Source: Camelus dromedarius (lineage: Eukaryota). From it: a stretch of 64,000 bases of DNA. The stretch's first letter is position 1. Each line of letters starts with the position of its first letter. Under the pieces are notes generated by a model. The model saw only the letters and a list, made by a program, of their open reading frames with translations, was not told the DNA's origin and made no database searches. A program made the position numbers and the translations under genes. Positions 59,798-64,000 of this stretch are shown in pieces. The stretch spans positions 107,076,001 through 107,140,000 of the forward strand of contig NC_087437.1 of assembly GCF_036321535.1 (NCBI RefSeq), given 5' to 3'.

Positions 59798-60496
59798 TGC
59801 TGTTGTTGTTTGGTTGGTTTTGTTAATGGAGGTGTTGCCGGAAGATCGACCCCGTCCCGGATGAGCCAAATGACTCAGAGACCAGGTTTTGGAGCTTAGA
59901 AGGAAAGAGACAGCTTTAATACTTGGCTGGGCAAAGGGGACTCACAGCAGGCTAGTGCCTCCAAAACTGTGAACCCCCCTTGGGGATGGGGTGGGGTGAT
60001 TATATAGCCGTGGCTCTAACAATAAAGCATCAATAACAATCAACAGAATCGTTTTCTCAACAGAAGACTTAGAATGGCATCATGGTACCTCCAGACGACC
60101 AATTCTATAGAGGCCAGTGGTTAGATCTCTTTATCTCTATCTTGTAAGTACTCAAGGTGTGGTCTTCTTGGTAATTCAGGCTATTTTGTAAGGTTACAGT
60201 CCTGTGACCTTCTCCTTGGAGAAAGACTCAGAGACCAAGCATGATTATTACTTTCAATGACTGGAATAAAGTATAAACAATAAGATCAATAGCTTTAGTT
60301 TTAACAATGGGCCTGGAGCTGTGAGTAGCAACCGGTCAGTCAGTTCAGTTGACTGTTTTAAGGGCAAACATAATAAGCAATCTGTTAGCCTAAATGTGGC
60401 CATTTTATTATTCCTCCTTCAGAGGTACTGGGGATTGAACTCAGGGCCTCCTTCATGCTAAGCATGTGCTCTACCATTAAGCTATACCCCTCTCCC
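59798..60496 (-). mobile_element. tRNA-derived SINE (camelid-like), split by an LTR
   Basis: Head 60496-60422 with A box TAGCTTAATGG and B box GAGTTCAATCC; A-rich tail 59832-59798; 15-bp TSD ATTTTTCTAA(T/C)TCTT at 59783-59797 and 60497-60511. Confidence 0.85.
59833..60421 (-). mobile_element. ERV1-class solo LTR (589 bp) with 4-bp TSD GAGG
   Basis: TG...CA termini, GAGG at 59829-59832 and 60422-60425, minus-strand TATATAA (60006-60000) and ATTAAA (59920-59915). Confidence 0.85.
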
Positions 60497-61584
60497 ATTT
60501 TTCTAACTCTTAATCTCAAGGCATGTCTTGAAGTCTCCTTTATCTCCTGCAGCCAGAGAGCAGACTGTGCTGAAAAATCTGAAAATGTATAATCTTATGA
60601 TTGCTTAATCCCAAATCTGAGTCCTAATAGAAAAATTGTGGAAACTATATGAGATGGAGACATTTGGGTGGCTGAGCAAGAGAATCTTGAACCCCCAGGT
60701 TCTCCTGGACCCTGACACTGCAGATTGTCAGGGGCAGATATCACTCCCTTGCTACAGCAGGACAGCCTCCCTTTGCCAAGAGGCTGTAAAGTTCTCAGCA
60801 GACCCAAGTGCCTCTCAAAAGTACACTTGCTCTCCTCTGTATCTGCTCCATCTCCTTCATTCCTAGCCTCGTATGCAAAGTTCAAAATTGTTCTTGGAGA
60901 AATTCTTTGAAGAAACACTGTCCATGCAAATTATGGTCCCCAAACATTTTCTAAATTTAAGTAATAGAAACAATAGCAGCCAAAAGCATTGCACTAACAG
61001 TAATATTGTCAACTTATGTGTGGTTAAGACAGACTTACAACAGTATAAAGTAGTTTATTACAGTGCTGTGAAAATTTTACCATCATACACAAAAACTCCT
61101 CTGTGAGAATGCAGAACTGCATTATTTTCAGGTTAATGAGATGACCTGTTGGAGTATGCACAGTTAACTAGCAGGAAATTCTGGGGGTCCGGAAGTGAGA
61201 GCCAAAACAGAGCAGTCCCTGCTGCCCTATGGGACTTGGTGGTGGTTGTCTATTACGAATTGCTATCAATAGGGATGATTCTTGCCCGTTTCCCAAGCTT
61301 GCAGCAATGACTCCAGCAAACTATCTGTCCATCTGGAGTAGGGGATTGGGCTGGGACAATACTGAGGGTATGTGTGTGTAGGGGAGTGACTCATTCTCCG
61401 TATCCCCAATTCCCTGTCTTCTGAGCAGTGGCTTCCCGTTGTCCCCTGCCAGGCTGTGCTTTCTCTTTTATGCGGCTCCTAAATGAAGAACTTCGGTCCA
61501 CTCAAGATAACTCGGCGGTGGAAGGGAGCCAGCTGTGAATGAGGTTCTATCTGAATTCATGTTTTTCTAATTTTACCATGACAA

Positions 61585-61770
61585 TAATAATGCCTGGTAT
61601 TTACTGTGTGCTTACTATATGCCATACACACTCCATATAACTTAATTAATCCTCACGTGGAGATTTATTGTTATTAATATCACTGTATCACAGATAAGGT
61701 AACTGAAGTACAGAGAAGTTAAGAGATTTGGCCAAACCCACACAGCCTGATGGAGTCAGGTAGTCTGTTC
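61585..61770 (-). mobile_element. MIR SINE
   Basis: tatttactgtgtgcttactatatgcc...ttaatcctcac...acagataaggtaactgaagtacagagaagttaag. Confidence 0.75.
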
Positions 61771-64000
61771 TTTTAAACTTTAATGCAATATGTATATATG
61801 CATTATATGTATACAACCATATTTAAAACTTTTTAAGGGTGGTGAGAAATACAGAAGAAAGAGGATCGGGTTAAGAGTCAGGGTAACTAATTTCAGATGC
61901 ACAACCATCTGCTAATGACCGTAATCACAGACTCGCTGGAATTTAGTTTCTAAATCTATAAAATGAACGGGTTGGACAGCTCCAGTTCAACTGTTCTGTA
62001 ATTTTCAAGGTGATTTGAGCACTTTGAAGAGCTATAGATGTACAAATTGCTGTTTGTGTTAATGGTATATCTCCACTGTGCGAGCAACTTATTATATGCT
62101 GAATGCTTGGTGAGGTTGCTATTCCTCAATGAAACTTTGCCTCAACTAAAAAATTGTCTGTATTAGGAAATTAGACACAGTTTTCTTCTGTTTCTAGAAA
62201 CGCACTGCGGCTAGTGGTATTATTGTCACTAGTGTCAGAAAATAATGGAGTAAAAGATCAAATAAGGCTGTTTTGTTTTACTGCGATTCAGCCTATAAAA
62301 GAGTTGGGGAATATGATGGTACAAAGGGATTTGGCTTCCAAAGGGATTCAATGCCACATTTTGTAGAGTCTATGACTTAAGAAGTCATATGTATGCATGT
62401 ATGAAAGAAAAAATGGATTTCAAATTTCCAAGTGGTGTCACTAAGGCAGGAAATAAAAAGACTGCAGTTTTACGGTTTCTTAACTCTTAAGTATGTCTGA
62501 CTCTGAGTGGGTAACTGCAGTGCTTTCTGGAACTCATCAACACCATTGTCACTCTAAGATTTATTGAGCACTTATTAAGCACAAGCACTGACCTACGTAT
62601 TTCACCTGTATTACAGCTTTGCTGAAAAACCATCCCAAAAGTTACAAGAGAAAGTTCTAACTACGGAAGGATAAATAGATGGGAAACTTTACATTGGAAT
62701 AAGTGAACTTCTCTACCTTGAAGAAGAATGTGACACTTGCTGAGCAGCTGACATGCATCCACACTCAAGGCAACTGCACGAGCTATATATACTTCTCATT
62801 AGAAATCAGAGCTGGAATAAAAGGAAGCAAGTGAAGCCAAAGGAACGTTACAAGCGGTCTGCGGAAGCACACGTGTGAAGCACAGGCGCCCTGTGCCGAA
62901 CACCTGCGCAGCAACTGAAGCGGTGAGAGAACACGTGGGGCACAAGGATCAGAAATACTCTTAGCGAGAGACGCCTCAAGTAAAGCATTTTAAAAATATT
63001 TTTTTTTTTTTTTGCAAATTTAAGAATTAAAAGGAAATTAATGACTTTACACAGAATAAGCCAAAAGTATAAAGCAAATCCCTCTGGTAGTCTTTTAAGA
63101 GACTAGAAAAGAATTGTAACGAATTAACCTTCTAACTCAGGTGTCATTTTCTGACTGGCTGGGATTCAGGGAGCCGCTTTTGAGAGAAAATTGAGACTGG
63201 GAGTCACCCATGCCCTGTCTTAAGCCCACGTGCCGTGATGGAACGCAACTCTTAAAGAAAAGATTTGATGATTTTAGGGACAATGGCAAACTGATGAGGA
63301 CCAAAAAGACAGAAAAAAATTAAGAGTTTTCTTGTCAGGTCTATGTCAGATCACAAACGTCTCTGTTCATGCAATGTGCATACAGAAAATGTGTGCAAAT
63401 AAGATATAACTCCCTTAAGATGATAACAGGAATCTTCAGCCATTTCTCTCCTAAAATTTAGGATTTAATTTTGTGATTTTTTTTATCTCCTTAATATTTT
63501 ACGTTTGACATAGTTAAAAGAGGTACAGCAGTCTTACTCTCTTGCAGGAATATTATTTATTGCAAATGGCTGTTGAAAGCTTCCAGTAATTTGTGGTAAG
63601 AATAAAATCTGTTTTTAAAAAACGAGAGAAGAACTTTTGTTACCAAGTGAAGTGATTTTTTTAACAATTGTATCAAGTTTTTCCTCTGGGGTTTGTGTCA
63701 GTCTTCCTCCCTCCCTCCTTCCTGTCTTTCCTTCCTTTGTTCCTCCTTTTTTATTTGTAATGTCGATTACTTTCCTATTATGTCAGGTACTGGACTGGGC
63801 ACTAATGATACCTACCCTGCACCCTGAAATTTCACAATCTCATTAAAGATTGTTTAAATAATTGCTCTTGAATATCTTATACAAATGTACTCAAATAGTT
63901 GTTCTTGAGTACAGCGAGGGCTTTACAGGGAATTCAGACCAGGAGAAGGGGATGGATAAAGATAGAGCCATTGACCTGTCCAAGGGCAGGAGGACTGGGG

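Noticed and set aside
60422..60496. tRNA gene
   Set aside because: Has A and B boxes, but also a TSD and an A-rich tail; it is a SINE head.
61189..61197. Perfect ETS motif CCGGAAGTG
   Set aside because: A single motif with no supporting context, possibly inside an old LTR.
62371..62389. Inverted repeat TATGACTT-AAG-AAGTCATA
   Set aside because: An isolated 8-bp-arm palindrome in AT-rich DNA is plausible by chance.

Overview
Mammalian genomic DNA, AT-rich and repeat-dense, probably from a camelid or another artiodactyl (judged from the style of the tRNA-derived SINE and the L1 3' ends; inference only). The only protein-coding gene I can support is a complete ADAMTS1 on the minus strand: 9 coding exons from 51451 to 44322, all introns GT-AG, 2892 nt, 963 aa. 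It has a TATA box and CpG-island promoter at about 51.9 kb and a 3'UTR of about 1.3 kb. The rest is intergenic DNA with old repeats (L2, MIR, MLT, L1, hAT, a mariner transposase relic). The most notable structures are two younger solo LTRs nested in older elements with perfect target-site duplications, one of them co-oriented with ADAMTS1 about 8 kb upstream; a pair of CTCF-like motifs; and several motif clusters that may be enhancers. I found no evidence of a new biological system. Repeat family names come from recognising consensus features by eye, not from a database search.
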